Below are positions 1 to 14,897 of a stretch of DNA of 64,000 nt, piece by piece (the stretch's first letter is position 1; every line of letters begins with the position of its first letter). The notes under the pieces are model-generated. The model worked only from the letters and a program-made list of their open reading frames with translations. It did no database searches and was not told where the DNA came from. Position numbers and translations under genes: made by a program. The DNA lies in the NCBI GenBank assembly GCA_001949185.1, contig BDGG01000008.1, positions 1-64,000 on the forward strand, written 5' to 3'. The stretch is from Ramazzottius varieornatus (Eukaryota; Animalia; Tardigrada).

Positions 1-1094
1 TCCACGCTTTCAGAATTTTCTTTAGCTCCAGAGAGGGGTTCATGGCATCACTTCCTGCCCTTTATAGTAGGCTAAGAAACCTACCTATCAGGTGAGAGCA
101 TCAAAACGAACATCGGCGTCTGATCGTCCTGACCGTTCCCTCGTAATTATCGTTGGACCTAATCCATATTGGTTAATTGTTTGGTGATTTTGTTTGTGGT
201 TAGATTCGCACCATTTCTATCGAAGCAGTCCAGCTATTCTTCACCAAGACTCAACCGGAAGTGATGACTCTGGAGTGGCCATCACACCGAAAAACGTCTC
301 GAAGTTGATGCCACCGCGCTCGCAGTTCGTCATGCCATCACGTTCTCCTGGTCATATCAACAAGCCATCCGAGCACGGGGGTATCCCTCTGGATGAGAGT
401 GGGTATCTGTCGTATAATCCCGAATTGATAGGCCCGCCGCCCTACTTAAATGTTCTGGGCTCTTCGGACGAGGTTTCCGTTGGTCGTCGTGTACCTGTAG
501 TGAAGCCTCAGCAGTCTTCGCCAAATTCTTTCTCGTTGTCCATGAACCCGACCAACGCTTCTTGCAGCGTGTTAAAAGATACCATGATTATCTAGCTTCC
601 TTTGTTGATTTTTATAAGACATGTCATTGCGTTTTACTGCTCAACTATTTACCAAATTCTGGATCACAGAGAAGTTTTTACGCTGCACCCTGAAATGACA
701 CTTTTGTACCTCCGTGCCAGTCTTCCCTGTGATGAATTTCAGCGGTGTAGCTGACCCGCAAAGATGTATTTTCTTCACTGTTAGTTTTTGTTGCACCATA
801 TTAGTGTTCCATCGTCTTCGGTTTTGGGCCATAAATTATCCTGGAATTTCATTCTGTTTACTGATGCCAAAGAGTCTTGTTGCAGTATCATTGTTCTTAC
901 CTCTCACAAATATCATCTTAGCGTGTTATAGTTCTACCTGCGATGTTGAAGCTTTTCGTTCTTCGGTCCATCGATTGATTTATTCGATTAAAGCTAAAAC
1001 CGCTAACCACTCCTCTCTAACTTAGTTTCAGATAGTTCTTCACAGTCCACCAGAGTGGGCCCGGTCCCAGCCATGAGGAATGAAGTAAAAAGAT

Positions 1095-1167
1095 TGTTCT
1101 CTGCCAGGATCGAACTGGCGACCTTCTGCGTGTTAGGCAGACGTGATAGCCGCTACACCAAGAGAAC
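1095..1167 (-). tRNA. tRNA-Val (anticodon AAC)
   Basis: Reverse complement folds as a cloverleaf: GTTCTCT/AGAGAAC acceptor stem, TGGTGTAGCGG A-box, TCTGC-CT-AAC-AC-GCAGA anticodon arm, GTTCGATCC T-loop. A T5 Pol III terminator follows 3 nt downstream (aaaaa at 1087-1091 on +). Confidence 0.96.
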
Positions 1168-1901
1168 GGTCTTACAATAAGGACGATCCATATTGCATCG
1201 ACATGTTTGTTAGATCAGCTGGCTTCACTATCGAATGCACGCGCGCCTTTTGTGCACCTACGAGGTAACCGGCATGGAGATAACAAGTTTCGATTTTGGG
1301 TTTCTCTGTTTCAAACCCGTTTTTTTGGTGTCTAAATTAAGAAAAACTTGTTCTCATTCTTACAAACCCTTAGGGTGTAAAACAGGAGTCAAATCGGTGA
1401 AACTTGAAAGGGAGAGGGGTGTCGCGCAATGCTAAAGAGCCTAAGAGCTGTACTAAGATCGGACAATCAAGCATGAAAAACAATGTTTGACTGTAATCTT
1501 CACGTCGGAATTTCCAACTTATAATCCCCAAGCCGGCTCCCTCGTATATGATTCTTTTGATGTTTCTATAAGGATTACCACAAATCTGACTTTCAGTTCC
1601 GAAGGGAATTTAAACAGTATACATATAAGACAAAATGTAAAAAAATCATCGGTACGACTCGTGGAAGTACAAACAATAACGCGCAGCGCGCAGACGAAAC
1701 AAAGTCAAGGTTTTTGACCGGTATTAAGGAGAACAGTGAACGGACTAGAACCAGAGCTAAAGCTTCGAACAGCAGCATTGAAGAAGATAGTTGACGATCG
1801 GCACTACTAGACATGACTAGTGACGAACCGCTGTGAAACTGCAAAATCTGCATGCGATAAAAAAGAATGCTATAAATAATCCGCCGAACCCTACGAACGT
1901 A

Positions 1902-3853
1902 TTACGGAGCCCCAGCACCGCCAACCGGTCCGACGGTGGTGTCAACCAGCATCTTGCCGCGTTCGTGCACGGAATTAAAGTCGAGCACAGGCCCGATGGG
2001 GACAATGCCGTGGGGATTGATGTGCGTGTGGCTCTGGTAATAGTGATTGACAATGTGCTCCATGTTGACTGTTTCGCCAATACCCGCCGTTTGGTAGATG
2101 TCGCGCAAGTAGCCCCAGATGTTCTTGTAATCAATAATGCGACGACGGTTACACTAAAAGCAGTAAGTGCACCGTAATGACAGACACAAGCGAGAGGATC
2201 ACAGGCTCAAAATGATAGTTCCAATTTTATAACAGACCCGATAGTTACAACAACACGACAGGGAAGGCTGCGCTTGAATGGAATGGCTCGTACCTTAAAG
2301 TGCGTGTGATAGACTGAGTCGAAGCGAACCAGGGTCGTGAAGAGCCGAATATCCGCTTCCGTTATATCGTTACCTGTAAGGTACCGCTTCTCGTGAAGCA
2401 TGGCTTCAATCTGGAATAAACAAATCGCGGGTGAAAAAATTAACCTTCCACAAAAATCGATAACTGGAACGTCGGTAAAGGAATTCGACCGTTTTAACAA
2501 GTGGCGCACGCCCTAACTGGATAGCAGTGGAAACGTGCGCCACTGGAGATAGATATTCGGGTAAGAGCATTTCCCAAAGTCCTAAATTCTGACCTTGTCT
2601 AAAGCCTCGAAAAGGTTTATGACTGCCGCATCGTACGCGATTTGTGATGTGGCGAACCCGCATCTGTATACTCCATTGTTGATGTCTCTGCAAAAAACAA
2701 CAGGTTACTCTGGCTGCGAAGAATAACGCAACGACTCCTGAGTTGGAGTCTTTTTCTGTACCTGTAAACCCATTCGTTAACGGCGTCGATTTCGGCACGA
2801 TGGTCCACCGGGTACAGGTCCAGGTTCTTCTGCTCATCTGTCTTGCAGAAGGCGTTGAACTCCGAGTTGAGAATCCGTAAGATCTCAGAGCTCTCATTGT
2901 TGACAATGGTGCGTTCTTTCTTGTCCCACAGCACGGGGACGGTTATACGCCCATTGTACGTGGGCTCGGCAACTTGGTAGATCTCGCGAAGGAACTCTTT
3001 GCTGTTGACTGTGTCAGGCGTGCATCCAGCTCTCTAAAGCGACCAATTTCACAATAATGGTCTGACAAGCTCCAACCGAAGGTGAGTTGAAGTGCTTGCC
3101 TGTCCATTAAATGCCCAACCTAAAAAGAAAAACCGAACATGAATATTTTACTATGGGTTCTTCGAGATTATGAATAAAGCACGAAAAGGAGGGAAGAAGA
3201 AAGACGCGACATCGTGCTGCTAGATATTTTCTTTACCGCTATCGCCCAGAAGCCAGTCAACGACGCAGACGGATATGATGTCCTCCAGGCCCTTCAGTTT
3301 GCGAACAATGAGAGTTCTATGTGCCTGTCGAAAAAATGTCCAGTCAACAAAACGTCTTATTCAAAAAACGTCAGCCGCTGCTTCGACAGTAAAGTGGGGA
3401 GCTTACCCATGGGCATGCGAGTGAAACATACAGATGGTAACGATTCGCCTCGGCGGTGAATCCGCTGGATCCTTCGGCTAACAAAAAACGGTGGGAACCC
3501 GAGGGATCAATTTAAGATTGTTCCCACTAGATATGGCTGCTGCTGTCTTAAAAAAATATGCATTGCAAATATCTTAGTGTATCACCTGTAATCCAGTGAC
3601 GGAACGATGACTACAAACGTAGCAAATCAGCATACAGAAGCACGTCCCAAATAAACAGATATTCAAAGAGATAATCCTCGCTGCATTGAGGGATTAACAA
3701 CAGCACGGAGCGTACCTGTGCTCGGACAAACTCTCCCGTCTGGCTTACGGAAGCCTTCCAAGTTGGTTCCACTCGCACGATGGGAATATGGTCTGCCTCC
3801 GGAGCCAGATGTAGATGATCCCCTCCCGACAGGATGGTTGGTGCATCGGCCAT
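1902..3853 (-). CDS. Glutathionyl-hydroquinone reductase (Xi-class GST, YqjG/ECM4 family), about 9 coding exons
   Basis: Spliced frames give [41 protein letters not shown] (catalytic CPW), [52 protein letters not shown] and [19 protein letters not shown], all hallmark GHR motifs. Start at MADAPT (3853) is probable. Confidence 0.92.
2461..2585. repeat. Intronic palindromic element, copy 1
   Basis: AGTGGCGCAC (2500-2509), 25-nt spacer, GTGCGCCACT (2535-2544), inside GHR intron 2411-2593. Outer limits approximate. Confidence 0.9.
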
Positions 3854-4641
3854 CTCGCGCTTCCTTATTTCCTGAAAACACACACAAATGGATCGTGAGC
3901 TATCAGTCTGATCAAATCAAGGCAGCTCCCACCTGTAGTCTTACCTTTACAGTCTACAGAGCGAACAATGGCGCAGAAGGTTGTATCACAGCGAAAAGGG
4001 CAATTGAACCGGGAACAGGAAGATCGTGGGGTTTAATCGAGGAAATAAACGATCGATAATCACTAGGCCAGAGCATTACGAGACACGGCCTCGTTTGAGA
4101 ATTCTCTGTCAAGAGCCGTGTCTCGTGAGTCGTGGGCTCGTCCTCATGCCTGTAGCTTCAAATTCAAATTCATCAGTGGTGCACTACGTAATCCATTATG
4201 ACATCAGTAGGGGATTGCGAAAACCTTTCTGTAAGGGTCGTGAGGCCAGCGCAAAGCGAGGGTCGATAACTCCGCCCGCAACCACCTCCTGATTTCCGAA
4301 TAATCCGTCCGGCGGACCGCGGTCCTGTGCCGGTTCTGGAAACTGGAACATCGACAACTGGAACATCGAGACTCTGTTGTTTTCCCAATCCCATTGTTAT
4401 TGTGCCAGAGCTTCCTTGTTTCACTTTGTGTTCTAATCGGAGTGAAATAATTACTGAACACTTGTTGATCTTTTGCAGGCACAAAATCGGGAAACCGGCG
4501 ATCTTCCAGGGCGACGAAAAGGTACGGCGAAGGTAAGGTTCCGATCGAACCACAGCGGACCGTCGGACGCATGGCTTATGCAATTGTTGACACAATTATG
4601 CTCTCTTGTTCTGCAGTTGATTTCCTTCACCGGCGCGAAAG

Positions 4642-7141
4642 ATGGCTGCTCACACAGCCTCGACCAGCGGGTTTGGTGGCTTCCATGACGCAGCCTCGGA
4701 GAGTGGACACTCGGTGGCCAGCGGCAGCACCTTTTCCGGGAAGAAGAAGGGGTACAAAAGCAAAGCGCGGGGAAAGAACGAAGAGGGATTAACGCCTGAA
4801 CAGGTGCACGAGCTTCGATACATCGGGATTCGTTTTGATACAACCTCAGATGTTCCTTACTTGGACGAAGATGAACCTTCGGTGGCTCAAGCGACGCCTG
4901 TGGCCGATACTCACTTTCATGTAAGCGAAATCTAGATCTTATCCGTCCTGTATTCTCGAACAGAAATCCATCGTTCTTCGCCGCATTACTAAACCTAAGT
5001 TATGATCCTTCGTAGCTTGCCACACGCAAAGCAGAGAAGGCTCTATCGAGTTACAGGATTCTCATGATGCAAGAAATTCTTGAAATGTTGATGGGCATTG
5101 GCGGAAAGTTCGACGGTGAGCTGCTCATTTTCAGTTCGTGTAACTTTCTTGTTCTCCTCAGCTCGGAGATTTGTCACCGTTCGTCTCTTCCTAATCCAAT
5201 TTGTGCTGTTTTTAGACTTGGGAGCTGAGTTGTTTGCCGTGATGCATTTGATGCGGGCTTTCATGGGAAAGCGCCCTGACTACGCTCCGATCGAAGTCAC
5301 AGCCTTCCGTATCAGGTTGGCCACGGGAGTGGAACCTGGAATGTTTCATACTTTTCCTTCTCCGCTGTATGTTTTGAAAACTCAGGAAGTAACTTCGACC
5401 TCACTGAAACTGAATTTTTTTTCCCCAATTTTAGGCCACTTCCCTTTGGCAAAAGCGCGGACTTCCAAGTGGGACGAAGTGAGCGTCCGTAGATCTCGCC
5501 GCGACAGTTATCTAGAAAGGCCTGCAAGTGCAGGAAGTCGTAAACTGTTTAGACTATCTCAGCAGTTTTATCTTTTCCAATTACAGAGGAATTACACGAA
5601 ATGGAGGAAGACACTTTCGATAAGTTCGACGATGACTTCATCGATATCTTCCGTGGTCTCCTCCTGACGTTCCAGCCGAGAGGTGTTCCCAGAAAGAACT
5701 TGTCAAACTACCAGGGCAAGTATCCTTTGGTCATCTGCCAGTCTCACGCGGTCAACAAAGTTGTCATGATGTTCGAGTACCTTCATCAGCGAGCGTTACT
5801 GGCTCAGAAAGCCAAACTCCCAAGTAGGTACCTAAGCCAGAACTTCCGACAGGTAGTACACGTGACTCTGACGCTATAGTCTTTCTTTTACAGCTAAAGC
5901 ACCTGCGGAATTTATCGTTCCAGAGACGGTCCCGCTGAGCTTTTGCGAACTTCGCGCATTCGTATGTCATTTCATGATGTGATGAAGTTTAGAACAATCA
6001 TAAAAACTCCAAACCGATGAAGTTTGTATTTACATCAAACATGAATACGTTTTCGTAGGATGCGGCGCTCAGACATGTTTTCCGAACTCTAGGTCTGGTA
6101 GCGGACGCTCCACAAGACGTCAATGTTGGTCAGGTCAACCAGTAAGTTGCGTGGTTTTCCTTATTCGGAATCCAGTAAAATGTTTGAGCGAGGCCGACTG
6201 CGCTTGCAAATATCTACTTCTATCGTTTACTCGTAGTTGCGAGTATCATAAAACAACCAACAAGTTGACCTGCACCACCTACATGGCCACGGACATCTTG
6301 GAACAGCTCATGGTCTTCTCCTACTACTGGGGAATTGAGGCGCCGAATCGCTGTGTGGAGGCGTTTCGCTTGGATCGACACCTGGACTTCACCGATATTC
6401 GGACAGGGGACCCCAGCCCAACTGTTCCGAAACCAGTACGTGCTTTTTATAACATCAAGGTCCTGCTTATTCTACCAAAGATTTCTAATCAGGAACAAAA
6501 GACCAGCGAAACCGGAAGCGTGCCTTGGGCTAGCGACACTGAAGGCGGCTCTCGCAGAACCGACTCTCCCAGCTCGGCCGATAACAACACAGGTTGCTAC
6601 AAACGCCTTCCTAATCTTTACGCATACGTACCTAAGAACTCAATGGTATGCGATTCTAAAGAATGTGAGAACTTTCTTGTTAACTTTAGACGAGACGAAC
6701 TCTCAGAAGAGCTCAACCGGAAGCCAGAGCGGACCTTACCGCCTCAAGCCGCGTGCCGTGCAGCTGCAAGCCATGGCACCGCACCCAGTTCGTGTCGGTC
6801 GACCAGGTTCTGTGGACGGTACAGGAAGTGTCGTCTCGTCGGCTACTGGTTCGTCCATCAGTCAGCAAGCCAGTGTCCTAGCTAAAGGAATGCGTTCGCG
6901 GCTTCCCCAGTCACTGGACTTCCTCAAGCCGAAGAAAGTCGACGGCCAACTGGGACAAGCGGCCAAGAATGGTCCTCCGCAAGAGACACCGCAGACTGTT
7001 CCTTCCGTGCCATCCATCAGCGGTTCGAGCATCGGTCGCTCGGTCACACCACAGGAGGACGTTGTGTCGGAGAAAGAGGTTCCCGCGTCAGTGAAGACCG
7101 GAGGGTTCTTCGCTGCAGGACGTCGTAGCTCGCGAATGTGA
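4642..7141 (+). CDS. mael: Maelstrom-like protein (MAEL RNase-H-fold domain, piRNA pathway), multi-exon
   Basis: Spliced product contains YAPIEVTAFRIRLATGVEPGMFHTFPSPLPLPFG, PLVICQSHAVNKV and CEYHKTTNKLTC. These align by eye to MAEL-domain motifs including the E-C-H-C zinc site. Low-complexity Ser/Pro C-terminus. Confidence 0.75.
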
Positions 7142-7474
7142 GGATCGTCCCTCGGCTCACACTTGCGTTGTGGCTTACTGCTACTGGACAGTTTCTTCAG
7201 CTTTTTTTCTTCTTGAATTCTTAACTGGTCTTTCAGTTTTACAGACTTCGGTGGACCAAAGATGGTCGGTATGCCTGTACAGTTTACCTGTTGACACTTG
7301 ACAGTACAGTAATAGAAGATTCTGATTGAATTTCTTGTGTTATCCTTGTCTGTTTTCCGTAATTCTGGCAGATTGCGAACAGACCGATTATTACCGAAGA
7401 ACCGATCCATGTCTCTTAGTTTTGTTTTTCCTGTTAGAACAGTTGACTGTACAACACGAACAGCGCATACATTA

Positions 7475-7943
7475 GTCCTCCTCACGACAGGCCGTAAAAC
7501 TCCGTTGGTTGTGTTGATCTTGAAAGTGGATTACGACGTTTCGCTTTCAAGATAAGCAGCCCTCGAGTGGCTTATCTTGAAAGCGAAAACGGATTATTCT
7601 CTGCACACTTGACTCAAAATTTCAAATTTTCATTTTCAGCTAATCTCTGTCTGCACAGTGCTTCACGTTGCGAGATATCGTTTCACGTATGGGCTTCTTG
7701 ATACCTATTAGTGTCGGGGATATCGACAGACAGAGATTAGCCAGAAAGAAAACCATGAATTTCAGCCTAGGCAGGAGGCAAAGTTTGCCTACAAACCTAC
7801 CCCGCAAAACTTGCGCATTTCCGCTCCCGTTTCCGAGACTTTGGAAAAACGCAATTTTGCCTCACGACTAATTTCCGTTGATCAAGCAAACTCAAACTTT
7901 AAATCAACCCTTTGCAGCATAAACAGCTCGTCGTGAGGAGGAC
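7475..7943 (+). mobile_element. About 470-bp MITE, copy A
   Basis: 14-bp TIR GTCCTCCTCACGAC / GTCGTGAGGAGGAC flanked by TA on both sides. Near-identical inverted copy at 19080-19552. Confidence 0.9.
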
Positions 7944-8182
7944 TATTATATGGAAGTTTTACTGCTACTGAATACTATAAGTTTCGAAGGGTCGATGTCA
8001 AGGAACTACAGTGCACTGACATACGTAAGCGTTATGCCAACACTACTTCCACAAAGTACCAACTAGGACCACCAGATCATTGTGCCAACAGAAGCAGAGC
8101 AGGGAAAGGGGATACCGTCATTCACAGAATGAGCACTGAAGAAAGCTTAACTAACAGTTAGATGCTACTATTTAGACCATGT

Positions 8183-10595
<2,413 letters not shown>

Positions 10596-10712
10596 GGTTC
10601 TTCAGTATTCAGAAAAACAAAAAGTAACACTTGAGAGAGTAATCGAGAGTCGCAAACAGATTGCAAAGCGATTGATTCGAAATAAAGTTTTCGTTGACTG
10701 TCGGTTGAGCCA

Positions 10713-10809
10713 CTTTATATAGTCTGCCATACTCGTTCCAGCACTGCCAAGGCGGGTGGGGAAATGCGCCGAGGCCTCTCAAACTGCCACGATTGATCGA
10801 GAAATTTCC
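10713..10809 (-). promoter_or_regulatory. Hsp70 promoter: TATA box and heat-shock element
   Basis: CTATATAAAG on the minus strand at about 10713-10722. Alternating pentamers gATCg-aGAAa-tTTCc at 10795-10809 (nGAAn array with one mismatch). Confidence 0.7.
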
Positions 10810-10893
10810 ATTCGAGGTATAACATTGTCTGGCTCCCATTGATTCGTTGACCAGCTGCAATACACAAGCATGACTAGGAGTCTGGGTACTGTA

Positions 10894-11045
10894 CAGTGTA
10901 CGACAAAATTAACCGTTAAGAATGGGCGTAACACTCCAGCTGAGCTTACGACTCAATGAGAATCAGGTTTTGCTGCATGCACAAATTTCATTGGCTTTAA
11001 CCATCTGGTTCCATACACCCATTTTTAACGGTTTAACGTACACTG
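10894..11045. mobile_element. Tc1/mariner-type MITE, about 150 bp, copy A
   Basis: TA-CAGTGTACG ... CGTACACTG-TA termini, inner AACCGTTAA.AATGGG / CCCATTTTTAACGGTT. Related copy at 30880-31048. Confidence 0.85.
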
Positions 11046-11870
11046 TAGCGCATGCTCTCAGCCACTGACAATGGACACGTCCGCCAGTTGAGAAAACGAT
11101 CATTTTCAGTCCATTTGACGTCCCTGACTGCCTGTTACATCCAGTGCGTTTCATTGCTCGAGGAGCGAAACTAAAGAGCTACCGCAGCAGGCTGGGGTAT
11201 CTGACCTCTAGCCCTCCAGAAGACCCTAGTTCAGATGCGAGAGATCTCACGGCAGAGAAAAATGAAACCACTAGCATACGTATCGGAATCGGCGTCAAAA
11301 GTTGTCCTGGGTGGCATGTTTTTAAATGATTGGTGAATTTGGAGTTGTTGGTCACGTGATGTGCAATATCTCGCTTCAAGAGCATTTTCATCCCTGAACA
11401 TGTATGGCTCATTCGAAAGAGCGTGTCGATTTGAGTGGAAAGGAACTGTTTTTTCCGTGTTGCAAGAAATCAATTTTATTCCCGACTTTCCAAGGAGGGT
11501 TAGAGGTAAATAGAGGTGAATTGATTTAAACGACAGCTCTCACTCCTGCAAGTCCAGGAAACCAATAGGGTTGATATGGCGCTGCTTATAGAGGAAGGAA
11601 CCCTAATGTAATGTATCCCTGCCCGGTCTTCCATTTAGATTTTCTCCCACTTGAGATTGAAAATGCCGACTCAGTACAAGAGCGTAGTTTCAACTGAAAT
11701 CGGGGAAACCAAGTGGAAGACCGTACGTATAGACCTACTGCCGGGATACATTTCCTTACTTCGCTCCACATGCTTTGTTCAATTCAGTAAGAAGTTTGGT
11801 TAAAGAATTCTGCAATGTCAGCATTATCAGCTACGCAGAGTTAGATCAGCAAACAAAAAAAAACATTGCT

Positions 11871-12200
11871 CCACTCGTATTGGTTCGACATCTGGTTCAG
11901 ATTTTACATGTTGGTTCGACCAACTGCACACGGCGGATTTCAACCTAAGGTGGAAACCAAGCAGACCAAAGGTCGAACCAAATGAGCAGTGGCCAGTGGG
12001 CAGGGTAGATCAGTAAGGCGGGGCTAGTTAAAAAAGTATGGAGCAGGAACAAAGATAAAATTATGTTTGATCGGCCAACCAAGATTGTCCAAGTCAGAGG
12101 CTTTATTAGCTGATTGGTCATTTGCGCCTATTCTTCAACTTCATACCCCGCTCTATATGATGTCATCGGGCCACAACTTTCTGTTCTACTCTGCCCACTG
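11871..12200. mobile_element. Two adjacent degenerate MITE-like inverted-repeat elements
   Basis: TTGGTTCGAC / GTCGAACCAA arms within 11871-11992. CAGTGGGCAGGGTAGATCAG / CTGTTCTACTCTGCCCACTG (18/20 match) bound 11994-12200. No TSD resolved. Confidence 0.6.
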
Positions 12201-12369
12201 TTCAAATAGATCAATTGGTTCGACCGAAGCTTGTCTAATCCACTCTGAACAACTGAAACCAAAATCAGTGTGCCTTCGATGTGCTACTTTAGCGATATTC
12301 CCGCCCGTAACGAACAGGAAAATTTGACAAAATCAGTTAGATCGGAACAAGCTTGAGAAAGTACAAGAG

Positions 12370-14490
12370 TTATGATACACTCGATTTCGCACGATAGCGC
12401 TTTTTATTGCGAAGGAAAGCCCAGGCAATTTCGTCCATCAACTTGTCGTCAGGAGAAGCGACATTGTTCTTCTTGCAAAAGTTGACCACTCGCTCTGCAA
12501 CAAAATGGAAGCATAAAAACCAGATAGGTGTCCAAGAACCAGCTAACACTTCGGATAATCCTCTGCGCTTCGGTATGAAGCCAAGTGAAATCAGTAAAAC
12601 GAAAGCACTCTACCTTTAATCTCGTTGAAGAGGTCCTCTTGCTCCATTTTGAAGGTCCGAGATCCTTCTCGGGCATACCGCAACATGGCCTCCTCTCCAA
12701 TGGAACGACAAATTGCTCTTCGCAAAAGGTGCGTCCAGGCCGGACTTCCTTGTCCTAGTCGCCCGGAAACTTTTCCACCTTTACCTTTTCTCTCCGGAAG
12801 ATTCAGCATGGTCCGCGATTCTCCTTCAATCCGATCCTGAAACAGAGACATCTTTTCGCAACATAACTCATAAACACAAAGGGGAGCAAGGCAAACAACA
12901 CGTTCGTTATCTTTAGTGGCGCACCGCTGCAGCCAATATCATCGAAAACGTGCGCCACTTAAGGCACAACCTTGTACGTCATGTTTGCTCCCATAGACTA
13001 AGTTTTAGACAGGAACGTATCCCCTACCCAGTCGATCATTCCAGGTCCACCACTTGCCGGTTTCCGACTTGAGGATCGCGATCCGTCTGATACTGTCGTA
13101 GCCTGACTGTCCAAACCATTGCTATCTGTTCCTTCCGGTTCTTGCTCGGGTTCAGGTTCGGGCTCTGTTTCGGCTTCGGCAAATTCTTCAGAATACTCGC
13201 CCGTCAATTCTTCGCCATTCTCGGACTGAACTTCGACTGCTTGCTCCTCTGTCTCTTGAACGTGAATCAGGGTGACGGATCCTAGTGCCTCACCTTCCGT
13301 CGAATCCACTGTTACAATCTGACCAAGCTGGTTTCCTACGAGCGAGTGCTGATATCAATGAGGTTCGAAGTACAGTCTATAAGTTAGTTTACCGTGTTCG
13401 TCATGGATGATTAGTCCCTCGGGTAAGTTACCCAGCTGCGACTGTAATCTGTTGGGCGTTTCCGATTTGCGCCTCTTGTTTCCACCGGAAGTACATTCGA
13501 GGTTGAGAGCGATTGCGGAAGCAGAGCTGGATTTGCCGCCACTGCCAAACCCTGGTCCAAGTTTGCAGTGCTGCTCCAGACGTGCTATACGGTTGGATAT
13601 CTTTCTCTGCTCTCCTTCTTGATATGAGAGCCGCTTCTCCACGCGAGTCATGAAGCTTAGCATAGTATCGTGCAGGACATCCACTTGCTTCCGCACGTTG
13701 ACGAGTTCGTTGCGGAGAAATGCATCGTCGTACCTAGTGCGGAGGTTCGGATCCAGCGCGTTCAGTGTATCCTAAATAACACACAGGATCATCGACACAA
13801 CTGTACCTCTGATCACCTATCAAGGATAAACTTAGTTTGTTACTTTACGTCTGTCTTTACTTACCTTCGAATAGCTCGCAGTGGTCATCTTGGAAGATCT
13901 GGCGGCTGGCGTTCGACAAGTTCCTCCGGAAGGGGAACCGAAGGATCTTCGTTGGTTCGATACCTGGAACAACAGGATACAACTTCGTTTGATTGTTGAT
14001 TAGCGTAGCAGCATTTTTCGACTTCGGCCCGTCTGGCTTCGCACCTTCTCATCAGCCTTTACTTCTCTCTGCAGTGAGCTTCGTTCTTCCGGGATCGTTC
14101 CTGAGGTAATCTGATGACTAACGTCTGACGAGGAATTTTGAAAGCGGAGGTCGACGAGGAACAGCGCGACGGTTCCTTTGCGTTCAGAACCTCGAACAGA
14201 TATCTTAAACGCCGTTAAACGTGTTCAGGACTTCAGGTCATTACGTTTGCCCCTGGGGTATGGGCGTGCCGGCGTGCCCGGTTAAGGTGAGTGCGTGTTG
14301 CCAGTCCGTGGCCGTGCCTGACCGCCCTTGGCCAAGGGACTACACAGGCCAGCTCGTCCAATTCCACATTCCAGCTGGAAAATCCGGTGGAGCAAGGTCG
14401 ATTGCCGTAACAACTGAGTGGCATCCCAGCTCCAGTTCGACCGACTGCAATTCGCAGTGCTCACTTGAAAAAGTTCATCTTCGCTGCCAT
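12370..14490 (-). CDS. Uncharacterised multi-exon protein: coiled coil, acidic linker, C-terminal helical BEN/DUF4806-like domain
   Basis: Minus-strand ORFs 13355-13696, 12998-13309 and 12591-12851 are bounded by GT/AG sites and join into one product ending DEIAWAFLRNKKRYRAKSSVS*. The 5' exon structure is uncertain and the domain call is tentative. Confidence 0.55.
12870..12995. repeat. Intronic palindromic element, copy 4
   Basis: AGTGGCGCAC (12915-12924), 25 nt containing GCCAATA, GTGCGCCACT (12950-12959). Confidence 0.9.
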
Positions 14491-14897
14491 TTTGTTTCTC
14501 CTAGTTTTGCCGAGTTACGAGTGTATGCCTTCGCAGCCTTCGCCCATTTTATCCTTCATGTGTTGTCATCTCGACTAGGAATTTATCTATTGGGGACCGA
14601 TAGTCACGGTAGTGGGGACGGGATTTCGTGATTTCTTGAGGTAGGCAAGGACCTGAACGATCATCATCGGATCCACAATCTTTTACTTCTTTCTGATAGT
14701 CAGAACTCACATTGAATTGTATGGGGTTCTGAATGTGTACTAAACGGCATTTTTCTGATTTGCAGATTTTTCATAACGTAAATCTTGCTGAAGTAGCGCC
14801 GGGAAGACAAGTTTTCAGGCTGATTTTCTGATCATCATTTTTCAAGAAGTTTTGTGACGAAATTGCTAGCGGATTTCACAAAATTTTCTGAAAGAGA

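Noticed and set aside
194-1025. ORFs at the window start on both strands
   Set aside because: No recognisable motifs, and the minus-strand frames are interrupted by stops. Cannot support a gene.
7668-7871. Identical ORF starts MRDIVSRMGF... here and at 18982-19359
   Set aside because: Incidental ORFs within the two MITE copies, with no transposase features.
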